Assembly (NCBI GenBank): GCA_043826455.1
Contig: JBDRQD010000057.1
Span: 30,462-94,461 of the forward strand
Length of the DNA: 64,000 nt
Source of the DNA: Candidatus Bathyarchaeota archaeon
GTDB lineage: Archaea > Thermoproteota > Bathyarchaeia > TCS64
Direction: 5' to 3'
The position numbers were made by a program, and so were the translations under genes. The notes under the pieces are model-generated. The model was not told the DNA's origin and did not search any database. It saw nothing but the letters and a program-made list of their open reading frames with translations. Positions 29,504-39,639 of the stretch are shown here, piece by piece; position 1 is the first letter of the stretch, and each line of letters starts with the position of its first letter.

Positions 29504-30715
29504 TTATTCTGCTCCTAGGAGGTGGATCATGCTGAGGGCGTAGGCCTTGGTGGTGGCTACTATGTCATCGACCTTGATGCGCTCGTTGGGGGAGTGGACG
29601 CCCTCTCCGCCGATGCCGTAGCTGGCGAAGGGTTTGCCGTGGCGGCGGACGAACCAGCCGTGGTCGCTGCTGTGGCTGCCGCCCACGGGTTTGGCGTTGT
29701 GTCCTAGGGTTTTGGCTGCCCGCTGTATGGCTTTGACGAGGGGGGTGTCGGCGGGGGCCACGGAGACTAGGTTTCCCTGCTCAACCCTGTAATCGATATC
29801 TAGTGCTGGGTTGCTCTTCTTGGCTCGTTTGATAGCGTCCGCATACTCCTTGTCTATCTGTTTCTCGGTCTCGCCTGGGGTGTACCTGCGGTCCACGTAT
29901 ATCTCGCAGTGATCCGGGACGTTGTTGTTGGCCACGTAGCCGTGGACGCGGTTTATGCTGAACCTTGACTTCATCACGGAGTCTGTGCCGGGCAGGTGGT
30001 AGGCCCTGGCGTTGACTTGGTCGGCCAGCCTCTGGAGCTCAGTGATGAGGGCGGCTCCGTGGACGACTGCGTTGACGCCTTCCTCCAGCTGGGCCGTGTG
30101 GGCGCTGCGGCCCTTCACTGTCAGGGTTAGGCCCCGTGAGCCGTTGGCGGCTATGCCTATCTGGTCGGGTTTTCCTCCGTGGGCGTAGTAGAGGTAGTCT
30201 ACGCCTTCGCCGTAGCCCCTGTTGAGGACCTCCTGGAACCCGTATCGGCCTCCCTTCTCCTCGTCGCCCACGTGGGTGAACACGATGTCGCCTTTGAGTT
30301 GAACTCCTAGCTCCTTGAGGGTCCTGTACGCCATTGTGAGGCCGCATGTGGCCACCTTGTTGTCCTGGGCGCCCCTGCCCCAGAGGTAGCCTTCGGCGAT
30401 CTCTCCACTGAAGGGTGGGTGCTTCCAGGTGGATAGGTCGCCAGCGGGCACGACGTCGATGTGGCTGTACATCATTACCTTGGGTCCTCCGCCGGTACCC
30501 GTGTGCTTGGCCACGACATTGACTCGGCCCTGTGAGGGCTCTACGAGTTCTACTTCCAGGCCATCTCTGGTGAGTTCCTTCTCCATCAACGCACAGATCT
30601 CGGCCTCTTCACCTGTGACGCTTCTGGTCTGGATGAGCCTCTGCATGAAGGAGATGATCTCATCACGCTCTGATTCAATATAACTCATTACTCTCTGTTC
30701 TGCTGACAATGACAA
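29504..30715 (-). CDS. M20 peptidase, ArgE/DapE family
   Basis: SHIDVV, GRGAQDNK, DEE, VHSPNE. Confidence 0.9.
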   Translation of the reverse strand: MSLSAEQRVMSYIESERDEIISFMQRLIQTRSVTGEEAEICALMEKELTRDGLEVELVEPSQGRVNVVAKHTGTGGGPKVMMYSHIDVVPAGDLSTWKHPPFSGEIAEGYLWGRGAQDNKVATCGLTMAYRTLKELGVQLKGDIVFTHVGDEEKGGRYGFQEVLNRGYGEGVDYLYYAHGGKPDQIGIAANGSRGLTLTVKGRSAHTAQLEEGVNAVVHGAALITELQRLADQVNARAYHLPGTDSVMKSRFSINRVHGYVANNNVPDHCEIYVDRRYTPGETEKQIDKEYADAIKRAKKSNPALDIDYRVEQGNLVSVAPADTPLVKAIQRAAKTLGHNAKPVGGSHSSDHGWFVRRHGKPFASYGIGGEGVHSPNERIKVDDIVATTKAYALSMIHLLGAE

Positions 30716-30955
30716 TCAGTAGTTTTCATGATTCGATGTAATTTAAAACAGATGCTATTATGGTTCAGTGCAGATGCTAGTGGAAACTGGAAGGCATCCG
30801 TCTAACCTCATTAAATTAAATGAGACAAAAAAGGAGAAAAGACACCTTTATTTATTATTTTATATTAAAGCATATTATAATTCTAAACAATTAAATAAGT
30901 ATAAAACAAGTATAATGAGGAACCTGCGATATCATCCATTTTTACAGGGAGCACC

Positions 30956-32155
30956 ATTAAGATATTACATGTTGACGATGAGAACGATCATCTATTATTT
31001 ACCAAGAGGTTCTTGGAAAGTCTTGATAAAGAAATTAAGGTTGTATCTATTAATTCGTCCTCAGAGGCATTAAAAGCAGTAAAGGATGATGACTTTGATT
31101 GTGTTGTATCAGATTACGTTATGCCGTCAATGAATGGAATTGATCTGGCTCGAAAAATAAGGGAGTTTAACTCCATCCCTTTCATTCTGTACACAGGGCA
31201 GGGAAGCGAGGAAGTGGCTGAGAGCGCCTACAAGGTCGGAGTGGACGACTATATCCGCAAAGAGGTGGAGCCCAGCCACTTTCAAGTGCTCCTACACAGA
31301 ATAAGGAACATTATGGAGAAAAAGTGGTTAGAGGAACTATACAGGTGTGTAACCGAGGACACCTCTAACCCTATTACAATTACCTACAACACAACACGCG
31401 TTTATGCCAATGAAGCCTTTGCCGAGTTAGTGGGCGTCAAAGACGTATCAACTCTATTGGGTAAAGACGCCTTGAATAGGATACACCCTGATGATAGAGA
31501 GATGGTGAAAATGGCGCTGCTAGGAGACCAGAGCTCCTTTAGACTAAGGTACAGGGTTTTAAGGGAAGACGGCAGTAATAGAGTCGTAGAGAACTCTTCA
31601 AGCAGAATAGACATAAGGGATAAGCAGGTTACTGTAAACTTCCTACGAGATATTACCGAGCGTCAAATATATCTTGAGAGACTGATGGCCCTCCACAGGC
31701 ACGCAACAGAGCTTAACTTGGCTGATTCTGAGGACGACGTCGCCAGAATCACATTCAACATAGTTCAGAGTGTGTTAGGTTTTGATAGAGGAAGCTTTTC
31801 AGTGGTAGTCGTTAACAAACTCGTCCACATACTAGTTGAAGGCGTTGAACTCGGCTACGTTTTCAAGCAGCCCTTAGACGGCCCTGGGATAACGGTGAGG
31901 GCCCTTAAGACAGGTAAGACTCAGTTGGTGCCATACACTTCAAAGGACCCTGACTTCGTCCAACCTAATGAAGGCGAGGTCTCACTGTCCGAGTTGGCGG
32001 TCCCAATTTTGTTTAGAGGCGAGCCACTCGGAGTCATCAACCTGGAAAGCCTGAGAGCAGACGACTTTGATCAACAAGATGCTATTCTCGTTGAAACCCT
32101 TGCTCTCCACGTGGGCTCAACCCTGCACCGCCTTAGGACACACCCAGTAAAGTAA
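30956..32155 (+). CDS. REC-PAS-GAF signalling protein
   Basis: In-frame extension IKILHVDDE upstream of 31013; SDYVMPSMNG; PAS IHPDD; GAF SELAVPI...F...D. Confidence 0.85.
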   Translation: MKILHVDDENDHLLFTKRFLESLDKEIKVVSINSSSEALKAVKDDDFDCVVSDYVMPSMNGIDLARKIREFNSIPFILYTGQGSEEVAESAYKVGVDDYIRKEVEPSHFQVLLHRIRNIMEKKWLEELYRCVTEDTSNPITITYNTTRVYANEAFAELVGVKDVSTLLGKDALNRIHPDDREMVKMALLGDQSSFRLRYRVLREDGSNRVVENSSSRIDIRDKQVTVNFLRDITERQIYLERLMALHRHATELNLADSEDDVARITFNIVQSVLGFDRGSFSVVVVNKLVHILVEGVELGYVFKQPLDGPGITVRALKTGKTQLVPYTSKDPDFVQPNEGEVSLSELAVPILFRGEPLGVINLESLRADDFDQQDAILVETLALHVGSTLHRLRTHPVK

Positions 32156-32220
32156 CTCGGATATCAACTATTATCTTTGCAGACGCTTAGCTGTGTTTAT
32201 TTTAACTCCTTCAAATGGTT

Positions 32221-33114
32221 TCAGGCCAGGCCCAGCAACAATGCAATATTAAGCCCAGCAAGTAGAACGAAGAGAGACGAGACATTAACTCTTGTGAACA
32301 GTCTAGCGTGCGAATGACTGGCATTTAGCAACAAGACGCAAGCAAGACTGGACGCAACCGGAACAAGAGAGATGGATGGCAGCAACCAGGATACCCCTGT
32401 GACATCGGGAACGAGATAGAAAAATGAGACTGAGGCAGCGACCGAGGAAACCAGCACCAGCATGTACGAGTACCGTCTCCCAATCAACCCCACCAGGGTC
32501 CTCTTACCCAGAGCCTGATCGCTTTCAAGGTCAGGCATCTGCAGACAGAGACTCAGAACGAACCCGTAGAGCACTAGGGGAGCCGAGAACAGCAGAAAGG
32601 CGCCGTCAACCGCCCCACTAGCCACGATGTAGCCAACGGCGGGCACGCAGAACCCGGTGCCAACAGCTATGGTTACCTCTCCGAGCCTCCGGGAGTGAAG
32701 TCTGACGGGGGGAGCCGAGTACAGCCACCCCAAGACGTTGAACAATAAGACTACCACAAGCAGATGCCACATTGAACCCATCAAAACCATGGCCGAAGCG
32801 CACAGCAAAGATAATACTGAGAACCCGACTGCAACGAGAAACGCTGAATCCCTCAGCTCAGGGTGCTCTATGAACAGGTTGACGCTGCCGAAAGGCTTGA
32901 AAGGGGCACGCCTATCGATCTCCACGTCATAGTAGTCGTTGTTGTAGTGAGTCGAGAGGTCCATAAAGAGCACAACAAGGTAACCCAGGGCGAACCCAGT
33001 CCAAGAGACTCTGCCACCCAGGTTCAAGGAAAACAACACACCCACTAGGTACCCGAGGAAGCCCCCAGCCACAATGTGGGGGCGGACAACCTTCAAAAGC
33101 CTCAGGTCAACCAA
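32221..33114 (-). CDS. UbiA-family prenyltransferase (MenA-like)
   Basis: NNDYYD, YSAPP, PDLESDQALGKRTL. Confidence 0.85.
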   Translation of the reverse strand: MVDLRLLKVVRPHIVAGGFLGYLVGVLFSLNLGGRVSWTGFALGYLVVLFMDLSTHYNNDYYDVEIDRRAPFKPFGSVNLFIEHPELRDSAFLVAVGFSVLSLLCASAMVLMGSMWHLLVVVLLFNVLGWLYSAPPVRLHSRRLGEVTIAVGTGFCVPAVGYIVASGAVDGAFLLFSAPLVLYGFVLSLCLQMPDLESDQALGKRTLVGLIGRRYSYMLVLVSSVAASVSFFYLVPDVTGVSWLLPSISLVPVASSLACVLLLNASHSHARLFTRVNVSSLFVLLAGLNIALLLGLA

Positions 33115-33167
33115 GGAGCGCCACCATCCTCAAACTACTTTAATACTGATACCCGTTTGCCTGTATT

Positions 33168-34064
33168 ATGCCCTTTGACTCCGTTAAAGCCTACCTGGAC
33201 TTAACCAGGCTCCACTTCTTCATAGTCTGGCCCCTCCTCTTCTGCTCGGGCGTCTTCCTCAGCTTTATCCTGTATGGCGGGTTCTCTTGGCTACTTGTCG
33301 CGAAAGCCGCCTTGATCGCGTTGTTCGGCTTTGAGGCCGGTTTCGTCCTCAATGACATCGTTGACGCCGATCTGGACCGGCTGGACGTCGACCATAAGCT
33401 CACCCGGTACTGGAGGCCCTTCGGCTCCAGGCCCATATCTTCGGGTAGCGTCACGCCAAGACAAGCACATGTCCTGTTTCTGGTCCTCTTCGCGGCGGCC
33501 TCCGCCCTAATATTCACTCTCCCTTACCCTAACTCGGTCTACGTGTTCACCATAATGGTGTACAGCTACGCCATGGAGTACTTCTACCAAGTGAAGAAGA
33601 GGGACCAGGGCTTCCCAATCGCCCAGCTGCTGGGCAGAACCGACTTCTCCCTGTTCCCTGTCGCCGGGTACCTCGTCAACGGGAGACCCGACGCCACAGC
33701 CCTGGCCTACTTCCTGTTCTTCTACCCCTTCGCCCAGACCCACCTGGGAGTGAACGACATCATCGACCACATCAACGACGAGGCCCGGGGCCTGAAAACC
33801 ATCCCGGTCCTCTACGGCGTGGAGAGCACCAAGCGCTGGATACAGCTCTTCACCGCGCTGCACATCGTTGCAGCGTACCTGTTCTTCAGAGGCTTGGGCG
33901 GAATAATGATGTACAGCTTCGTGGCAGGACTCGTCTTGCTCCTGGCGGCCAACGTATTGATACTGAGGGGAAGGGACTCTACTGGATGGCTGAAGGCTCT
34001 GCCCCTGTTCCACGTGACGATGCTCATATACGTCGCCTCCATGATAGCCGACTACTTCATCTAA
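33168..34064 (+). CDS. UbiA-family prenyltransferase
   Basis: NDIVDADLD, RP..SG, NDIIDHINDEARGLKTIPV. Confidence 0.85.
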   Translation: MPFDSVKAYLDLTRLHFFIVWPLLFCSGVFLSFILYGGFSWLLVAKAALIALFGFEAGFVLNDIVDADLDRLDVDHKLTRYWRPFGSRPISSGSVTPRQAHVLFLVLFAAASALIFTLPYPNSVYVFTIMVYSYAMEYFYQVKKRDQGFPIAQLLGRTDFSLFPVAGYLVNGRPDATALAYFLFFYPFAQTHLGVNDIIDHINDEARGLKTIPVLYGVESTKRWIQLFTALHIVAAYLFFRGLGGIMMYSFVAGLVLLLAANVLILRGRDSTGWLKALPLFHVTMLIYVASMIADYFI

Positions 34065-34117
34065 ACGTCGGCTAGGTCAAGCATAAGTATGCCCGCGGCC
34101 CATGTACCCTGATTACC

Positions 34118-35416
34118 TTGGCCCAGCCGACCCCCCAACAGGTTGAAGACATAATCGAAGGGAACATAGCCCGCTACGTGGAGCACCTCAGAATCCTTGT
34201 TCAGGCGTACCCCGGGGGAGAGGAACAGCTTCAGAGGCTGATGTCGGAGAGTCTGAAGGAGATCGGGTGCACCGTTCAGACCCTCAGGCTAATGCCCACC
34301 AATGTGCAGCTCAACAGAGAGTTCGCCCTACCTGAGGCCATAGACCTGACGGAGCGCATACATGTCATAGGCAAACTAGCTGGGAAAGGGGGCGGGCGCA
34401 GCATAATGCTGATAGTGCACCCGGACGCGGACCCCGTCAACACCGTGGGCTGGTCCAAGCCTCCCCACGCGGGCCACGTGGAGGGTGGCAGGATGTACGG
34501 ATGGGCAGTGGCCGACGACCTCGCCGGCGCAGCCATAATGGTGGCGGCGGCTCAGGCCCTCAACAGAGCCGGGTTCACCCCCAGGGGCGACATCTACCTC
34601 ATGAGCGCCTCATCCAAACGGAATGCCTGGGGCATAGCCGCCCTCCTCAGGGAAGGTTACAGGGCAGACGCGGCTCTGTACGTCCACCCAGCAGAGTCGG
34701 AACTGGGCCTCAAGGAGATAAAGACCCTCACCAGCGGCCTCCTCAAGTTCAGGATAAGGGTCAGGGGTAGGAAGCCGGACAGAACCGAGTTTGTCCAAGT
34801 AACCTTCCACCACCTCGGGGTAAACCCCATCGACAAGGCCATCTACCTCATCGAGAGCCTCAAGCTGCTGGACGAGGAGCGGCGGGCGACCACGAACTAC
34901 GGCCCCCTGGCGGACAGCGTAGGCAGAGGCACGAACCTCCTCGTGACCCACGTGGAAGCCGGGAGAAGGGACAACCTCACGGATGTCCCAGCGGAGTGCA
35001 CAGTCGGCTTCGGCCTCACCTTCCCTCCCACCGAGGACATAGATGACGTGGTCGGGCAGGTTGAGCGCGCCATCAGGGAGGCATCTGAGTCAGACACCCA
35101 CCTCCGGGAGTATCCCCCTGAGGTCACATGGGTTCAGGGAACCCAGGGAGTCGAGGTGCCCATGGACCACCCCATAGTCCAGACGACGATGAGGGCAGTC
35201 GAGGCTGTGACAGGGGAGCGACCCTTCAGCAACCCCCTGTACTCTAAGAGCGACGTGCGGACCCCCGTCCTCATAGCCGGCATACCCAACGTGGGCCTCG
35301 GCCCCCTGGCGGGCGGCCTGGCGACCACGGGCGGTGTAGACGAGTGGGTGGACATCAGGGAGTACGTGGACACCATAAAGGTATGCGCCAGGATCATCAT
35401 GGACTGGTGCGGCTAG
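34118..35416 (+). CDS. M20/ArgE-like protein with degenerate active site
   Basis: HPD and ADD retained; EE motif replaced by SK; no C-terminal His before DEWV. Confidence 0.75.
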   Translation: MAQPTPQQVEDIIEGNIARYVEHLRILVQAYPGGEEQLQRLMSESLKEIGCTVQTLRLMPTNVQLNREFALPEAIDLTERIHVIGKLAGKGGGRSIMLIVHPDADPVNTVGWSKPPHAGHVEGGRMYGWAVADDLAGAAIMVAAAQALNRAGFTPRGDIYLMSASSKRNAWGIAALLREGYRADAALYVHPAESELGLKEIKTLTSGLLKFRIRVRGRKPDRTEFVQVTFHHLGVNPIDKAIYLIESLKLLDEERRATTNYGPLADSVGRGTNLLVTHVEAGRRDNLTDVPAECTVGFGLTFPPTEDIDDVVGQVERAIREASESDTHLREYPPEVTWVQGTQGVEVPMDHPIVQTTMRAVEAVTGERPFSNPLYSKSDVRTPVLIAGIPNVGLGPLAGGLATTGGVDEWVDIREYVDTIKVCARIIMDWCG

Positions 35417-35461
35417 GCCGCCCAGGAAACGTTTTTCCGGCCGCGCAGACAACTCTGCACC

Positions 35462-35908
35462 ATGCTGTACTTCACCTACGGCTCCTTCATGGACGCCAAC
35501 AACCTCAAGAGGCACACACCCTCAGCCAAGTTCGTCTGTAAGGCGTTGATCCCCAACTGGGAGGTCCAGTTCAACTACTACTCCAAGAACTACAGGGGCG
35601 GCGTAACCGGCATCGAGCCCGCCCTCAACAGACTCGTCCGCGGAGCCGTCTACGAGATACCGCCCGACGAGATGGAGCACCTAGACACCGTGGAAGGCGT
35701 CCCCGGAGGCACCTACTACAGGCACCCCATAATGGTCGTAAGCGAGGCGGGGGAGCCTATGATCGCCCACGTGTACCGCACCACCAACCCCCGAGGCCCC
35801 TTCAAGCCGACCAAGAAGTACCTCCGCTACATGGTGGACGGAGCCAAGGCCCTGGGCCTACCAGCCGAGTACATAGCAGAGCTGGAGGCCTCGGAGACCG
35901 TCGACTAA
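35462..35908 (+). CDS. Gamma-glutamylcyclotransferase family
   Basis: YFTYGS, VRGAVY, LDTVEG. Confidence 0.88.
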   Translation: MLYFTYGSFMDANNLKRHTPSAKFVCKALIPNWEVQFNYYSKNYRGGVTGIEPALNRLVRGAVYEIPPDEMEHLDTVEGVPGGTYYRHPIMVVSEAGEPMIAHVYRTTNPRGPFKPTKKYLRYMVDGAKALGLPAEYIAELEASETVD

Positions 35909-35944
35909 ACCCCTTTATTCCACTGCCCCACCTATTCGACTGAG

Positions 35945-37138
35945 TTGAAGCTAGACGACGTCATCATCAGCGCCACCAGCAGCCTCAGGGAGCAGCGGTT
36001 CAGGCTCGCCCTCAACGTCCTGGGCATCCTCATAGGCTGCGCCGCCGTCACGGGCCTCATAAGCATCACCCAGGGCCTGACGGTGGAGGTGGGCACCCAG
36101 CTTGAGCTCTTCGGCCCCAACAACCTCATGGTGGTCCCCTACGAGATCAGGGCGGGCAGAGGCCTGGTGGGCCAGGGCATGACTTGGAGGGAGGTCCAGC
36201 TCATCGAGAGGGTCCCCCACGTCAGGTACGTGGCCCCCATCATCGGCACCAAGCAGGCCACCCACACCTACCGGGGCCAGACCTACCGGTCCAGCGTCTT
36301 CGGCGTGGACCCCGTCTACTTCCAGATATTCAAGGCTTACGAGATAGAGGACGGTAGAAGCATGATTTCAGCTGACTCGGGCGCCGCCGTCATAGGCCAC
36401 CTGGTCAGCCAGCCACGGGACAGGGACGAGCCCATATACCAGGCCGGCGACCGGATAAAGCTCACCTTCAACGTGAAGGGAGAGGAGCGGGTGCTCACCT
36501 TCAGGGTGGTGGGCGTCATGAAGGAGGTGGGTGGCACCTTCGGCTCTGAGGACGACAACAGCATAATGATCAGCTTCCGGGAGGCCCAGCAGATCTTCGA
36601 GACCGGCAGCAAGGTGGACTACGTGGCCCTCAGCGTGGACGACGCCCAGTACATCAAGGCTGTCATAGAGGACATCAAGGAAAAGTTCAGCGACAACGTC
36701 ATGATCATGGACTACGAGATGGTGCAGCAGCAGGTGGACCAGATCCTGGGCTCCGTGGAGGCTGTGCTGGGGGGCATCGCGGCCATCAGCCTCCTGGTGG
36801 CGGGCGTGGGCATCATCAACACCATGACCATCAGCGTCATGGAGCGCACCAAGGAGATAGGAGTCCTCAAGGCCATAGGGGGCAAGAACCGTGACATAAT
36901 GTCCCTGTTCCTCACGGAGGTCACCATCACGGGGATGCTGGGCGGCATCACGGGCAGCGCCTTCGGCTTCGTCCTAGGCAAGGCCGTGGGCGGCTACGTG
37001 GGCCTGCCTGTGTCCACCTCACCCGTCCTGGGCGCCATGGTGGTAGGCTTCGCCATAGTCACAGCGGTCCTCGCCGGCCTTTACCCGGCGTGGAGGGCGG
37101 CCAACCTCCACCCCGTGGAGGCCCTCCGCTACGAGTAG
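35945..37138 (+). CDS. MacB/FtsX-type ABC transporter permease
   Basis: SVMERTKEIGVLKAIG, YPAWRAANLHPVEALRYE. Confidence 0.92.
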   Translation: MKLDDVIISATSSLREQRFRLALNVLGILIGCAAVTGLISITQGLTVEVGTQLELFGPNNLMVVPYEIRAGRGLVGQGMTWREVQLIERVPHVRYVAPIIGTKQATHTYRGQTYRSSVFGVDPVYFQIFKAYEIEDGRSMISADSGAAVIGHLVSQPRDRDEPIYQAGDRIKLTFNVKGEERVLTFRVVGVMKEVGGTFGSEDDNSIMISFREAQQIFETGSKVDYVALSVDDAQYIKAVIEDIKEKFSDNVMIMDYEMVQQQVDQILGSVEAVLGGIAAISLLVAGVGIINTMTISVMERTKEIGVLKAIGGKNRDIMSLFLTEVTITGMLGGITGSAFGFVLGKAVGGYVGLPVSTSPVLGAMVVGFAIVTAVLAGLYPAWRAANLHPVEALRYE

Positions 37139-37180
37139 GTATCGATCCACCATCCTGGCTCACGCTCATGGTGCACCAGC

Positions 37181-37909
37181 CTACTCGGTGGACCTGTAGA
37201 GCTTCACCAGGGCGTCCACCAGCTCCTCCTCCGTCTTCAGCCCCGAAACCGCCAGAGGTATGCCCTCGTGCCTCGCCAGCTGGACCGCCAGGGGGTCAAC
37301 TTCTCCCCTGACCCCGTGGAGCACTATGATCCTGGGCTTGAAGGGGCTTATCTTGACGGCTATCATGGGAGACCTGCCCCTGCTGACGTTGCTGAACACC
37401 AGGGCCCGCTCGCTGGTGGTGCCGAATATCCTGTAAAAGTCCAGGCCGCTCAGCATCTGGATAGCCTTGATGCTGTCCACTATGGTGTACCCGAACACGT
37501 CCTGCTGGAGCCTGTCCTCGCCGGCATACACCTTCCCCTTGACGGCCTCAACGATCTCGGTGATCTGGACGGGGGCCATGAACTCCCGGATGTCTATGAA
37601 TACGTCGCTGGGGTCCAGGGTGATCCTGCTCAGCTGCCTTATGTACTGGCCGCCCTTGCCCTCGTCCAGCTCCAGGAGGGCCTCAACGTAGCGCTTTACG
37701 AAGCCGCTTCCCGGGCTCTTCCTGCGCCCCGTCTCGTAGTCGCTTATGACGCTGGGGCTGAGCTCCAGGGCGTTGGCTATCTCTATCTGGCTGACGTTAA
37801 GGAGCCCCCTCCACTTGCGCATGGTCTGCCCGGGGACGTTGGATAGCACTATCTCGCCGGCTATCCGTTTGGCCAATGTGTCCCGGGTGGGGCTGTAGTT
37901 GGACATCAA
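37181..37909 (-). CDS. XRE-HTH transcriptional regulator (COG1709-like)
   Basis: IAGEIVLS, ISDYETGRRKSPG, GRSPMIA. Confidence 0.88.
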   Translation of the reverse strand: MMSNYSPTRDTLAKRIAGEIVLSNVPGQTMRKWRGLLNVSQIEIANALELSPSVISDYETGRRKSPGSGFVKRYVEALLELDEGKGGQYIRQLSRITLDPSDVFIDIREFMAPVQITEIVEAVKGKVYAGEDRLQQDVFGYTIVDSIKAIQMLSGLDFYRIFGTTSERALVFSNVSRGRSPMIAVKISPFKPRIIVLHGVRGEVDPLAVQLARHEGIPLAVSGLKTEEELVDALVKLYRSTE

Positions 37910-37943
37910 CCATGATCAGTGTGCCTCGGCTTTAAGTGGATCG

Positions 37944-37967
37944 AAAAAAAATTGGGGTTGCGCCCAA
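37944..37967 (-). terminator. Hairpin plus T-tract after the small Zn-finger gene
   Basis: Minus strand TTGGG-CGCAAC-CCCAA followed by a T run. Confidence 0.5.
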
Positions 37968-38072
37968 TCACTTGGCGGGCTTGAGCTTGACGCCGCAGAC
38001 GCTGCACTTGCCCTCCGCCGTGATCTTGGGCTGCTCCTTAACCTCTTTACCGCATACTCCGCATTTCGGCAT
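37968..38072 (-). CDS. 34-aa zinc-finger micro-protein (not in ORF track)
   Basis: MPKCGVCGKEVKEQPKITAEGKCSVCGVKLKPAK*; two CxxCG motifs; AT-rich promoter upstream, terminator downstream. Confidence 0.8.
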   Translation of the reverse strand: MPKCGVCGKEVKEQPKITAEGKCSVCGVKLKPAK

Positions 38073-38317
38073 GGTTTACGCCTTGAGTTTTATGTGCATC
38101 CGTAAATAAAAATGCTGGGTTAATTTAAAAAAAAATATAATTAACCCTTTTTTCATCGATAAACACACACAAAATCGGTTTAACTTAATGTATTTAGATA
38201 AACAATGGGAAAAATGGTTAAAATGTATGCACCCCCATTTTTCGCACAAAAGTACCAGAAACGGGGACGGTTCTCCACTGCTCCCTTTTATTCCGCTGCT
38301 CCCCATGGAAACATGGT

Positions 38318-38779
38318 GTGGTTAACTTAAAGGCGGGTGACGAGGCCCCCGACTTCACCCTCCCCGACCAGGATGGCGGGCAGGTGACTCTGAGCAGCTT
38401 CAGGGGCAGGAACCACGTGGTCCTCTACTTTTACCCTAAGGATTTTTCGCCGGGGTGCACGGCCCAGGCCTGCGGCTTCAGGGACGCCTACGAGGACTTC
38501 ACGGACCTGGATGCCGTGGTCATCGGCATCAGCGGCGACACCGTGGAGTCCCATAAAAAGTTCGTTGAAGACTACCTGCTCCCCTTCACTCTCCTCAGCG
38601 ACAGGGACGGCGTGGTGAGGAAACTGTACGGAGCCACCAAGGGGTTCGGGCTGCTGCCGGGGAGGTACACCCTAATCATCGATAAGAGGGGCGTCGTGCG
38701 CCACGTGTTCACCTCTGAGACCAACATGGGTAAGCATGTGGAGGAGGCGACCCGCATCCTCAGGGAGCTGGAAGGCTAG
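38318..38779 (+). CDS. bcp: Peroxiredoxin Bcp/PrxQ
   Basis: YFYPKDFSPGCTAQAC. Confidence 0.92.
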   Translation: MVNLKAGDEAPDFTLPDQDGGQVTLSSFRGRNHVVLYFYPKDFSPGCTAQACGFRDAYEDFTDLDAVVIGISGDTVESHKKFVEDYLLPFTLLSDRDGVVRKLYGATKGFGLLPGRYTLIIDKRGVVRHVFTSETNMGKHVEEATRILRELEG

Positions 38780-39633
38780 CTCCAGGGCGTCACGGCCGCC
38801 TTCATCAGGAACAGGAGGCCACCAAGCCCCACGTTGATGATGGGGTAGAACCAGTACACGGACGCCACGGGCCTGTTGAGGGCCAGCACCCCAGCAACAA
38901 GTAAAGGGTAGACCAGAGGCAGAAACGATAGTGGGCTGCCCTGGCCCAGGCTGAGGGCTATGAACGCTAACGCGGACCACGAGGCCAGGCAGAGCATGAG
39001 GGCCGCCCTCTCACCTATGAACACCGCGGTGGTTCTCACGCCCGTCGAGGCGTCGAAGACAACGTCGGGTACAGCGGAGAAGAGGTGCATGGCGAAGGTG
39101 TGGGCGAAGGCGGCCGCCAAGATCGGAGTCGGCGGCAGCGCCCCCGCCACCTGGTAGTATGCGAAGACCCCGGGCAGAACGTACAGGTAGTTGGAAGCGG
39201 AGTCCAGCAATGGCCTGGCCTTGAACCTGAGGGGCGGGGCGCTGTAGAACACGCTTAGGAACAGGAAGCCGAGGAATATGAGGCGCTCACCGTTGCTCCC
39301 CTGGAGAGGGATCAAGGCCAGGCTGAGGGCGAGGACGACCATAAGTAGCCTACGCAGCATGTCGCGCTCGCTCTGCTTGACCCTGTACTCCCTCTCATCC
39401 TTCTTAGGGTTCAGCAGGTCCGTCTCGTAGTCGTAGAGGTCGTTGACTCCGTACAGGAGGAGGTTGGCGGGGAACAGGAAGTAGAGGAAGTAGACGAAGA
39501 AGGCCGGGTTCAGGAGATCCAGGTATCTGTCGGCGCCCCATATGCAGCCCACCGTGAAGGGGCCCAGCAGGTAGAACCAGAACCGGGGCCTGCTCACCCT
39601 GTACGCTAGGCTGAGGTGCTCCCTTAGGCTCAA
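38776..39633 (-). CDS. lyeJ: Lycopene elongase/hydratase-like prenyltransferase
   Basis: SRPRFWFY, YGVNDLYDYETD..NPKK, YSAPPLRFK, MHLFSAVPD; follows crtB. Confidence 0.8.
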   Translation of the reverse strand: MSLREHLSLAYRVSRPRFWFYLLGPFTVGCIWGADRYLDLLNPAFFVYFLYFLFPANLLLYGVNDLYDYETDLLNPKKDEREYRVKQSERDMLRRLLMVVLALSLALIPLQGSNGERLIFLGFLFLSVFYSAPPLRFKARPLLDSASNYLYVLPGVFAYYQVAGALPPTPILAAAFAHTFAMHLFSAVPDVVFDASTGVRTTAVFIGERAALMLCLASWSALAFIALSLGQGSPLSFLPLVYPLLVAGVLALNRPVASVYWFYPIINVGLGGLLFLMKAAVTPWS

Positions 39634-39639
39634 CGCGGG

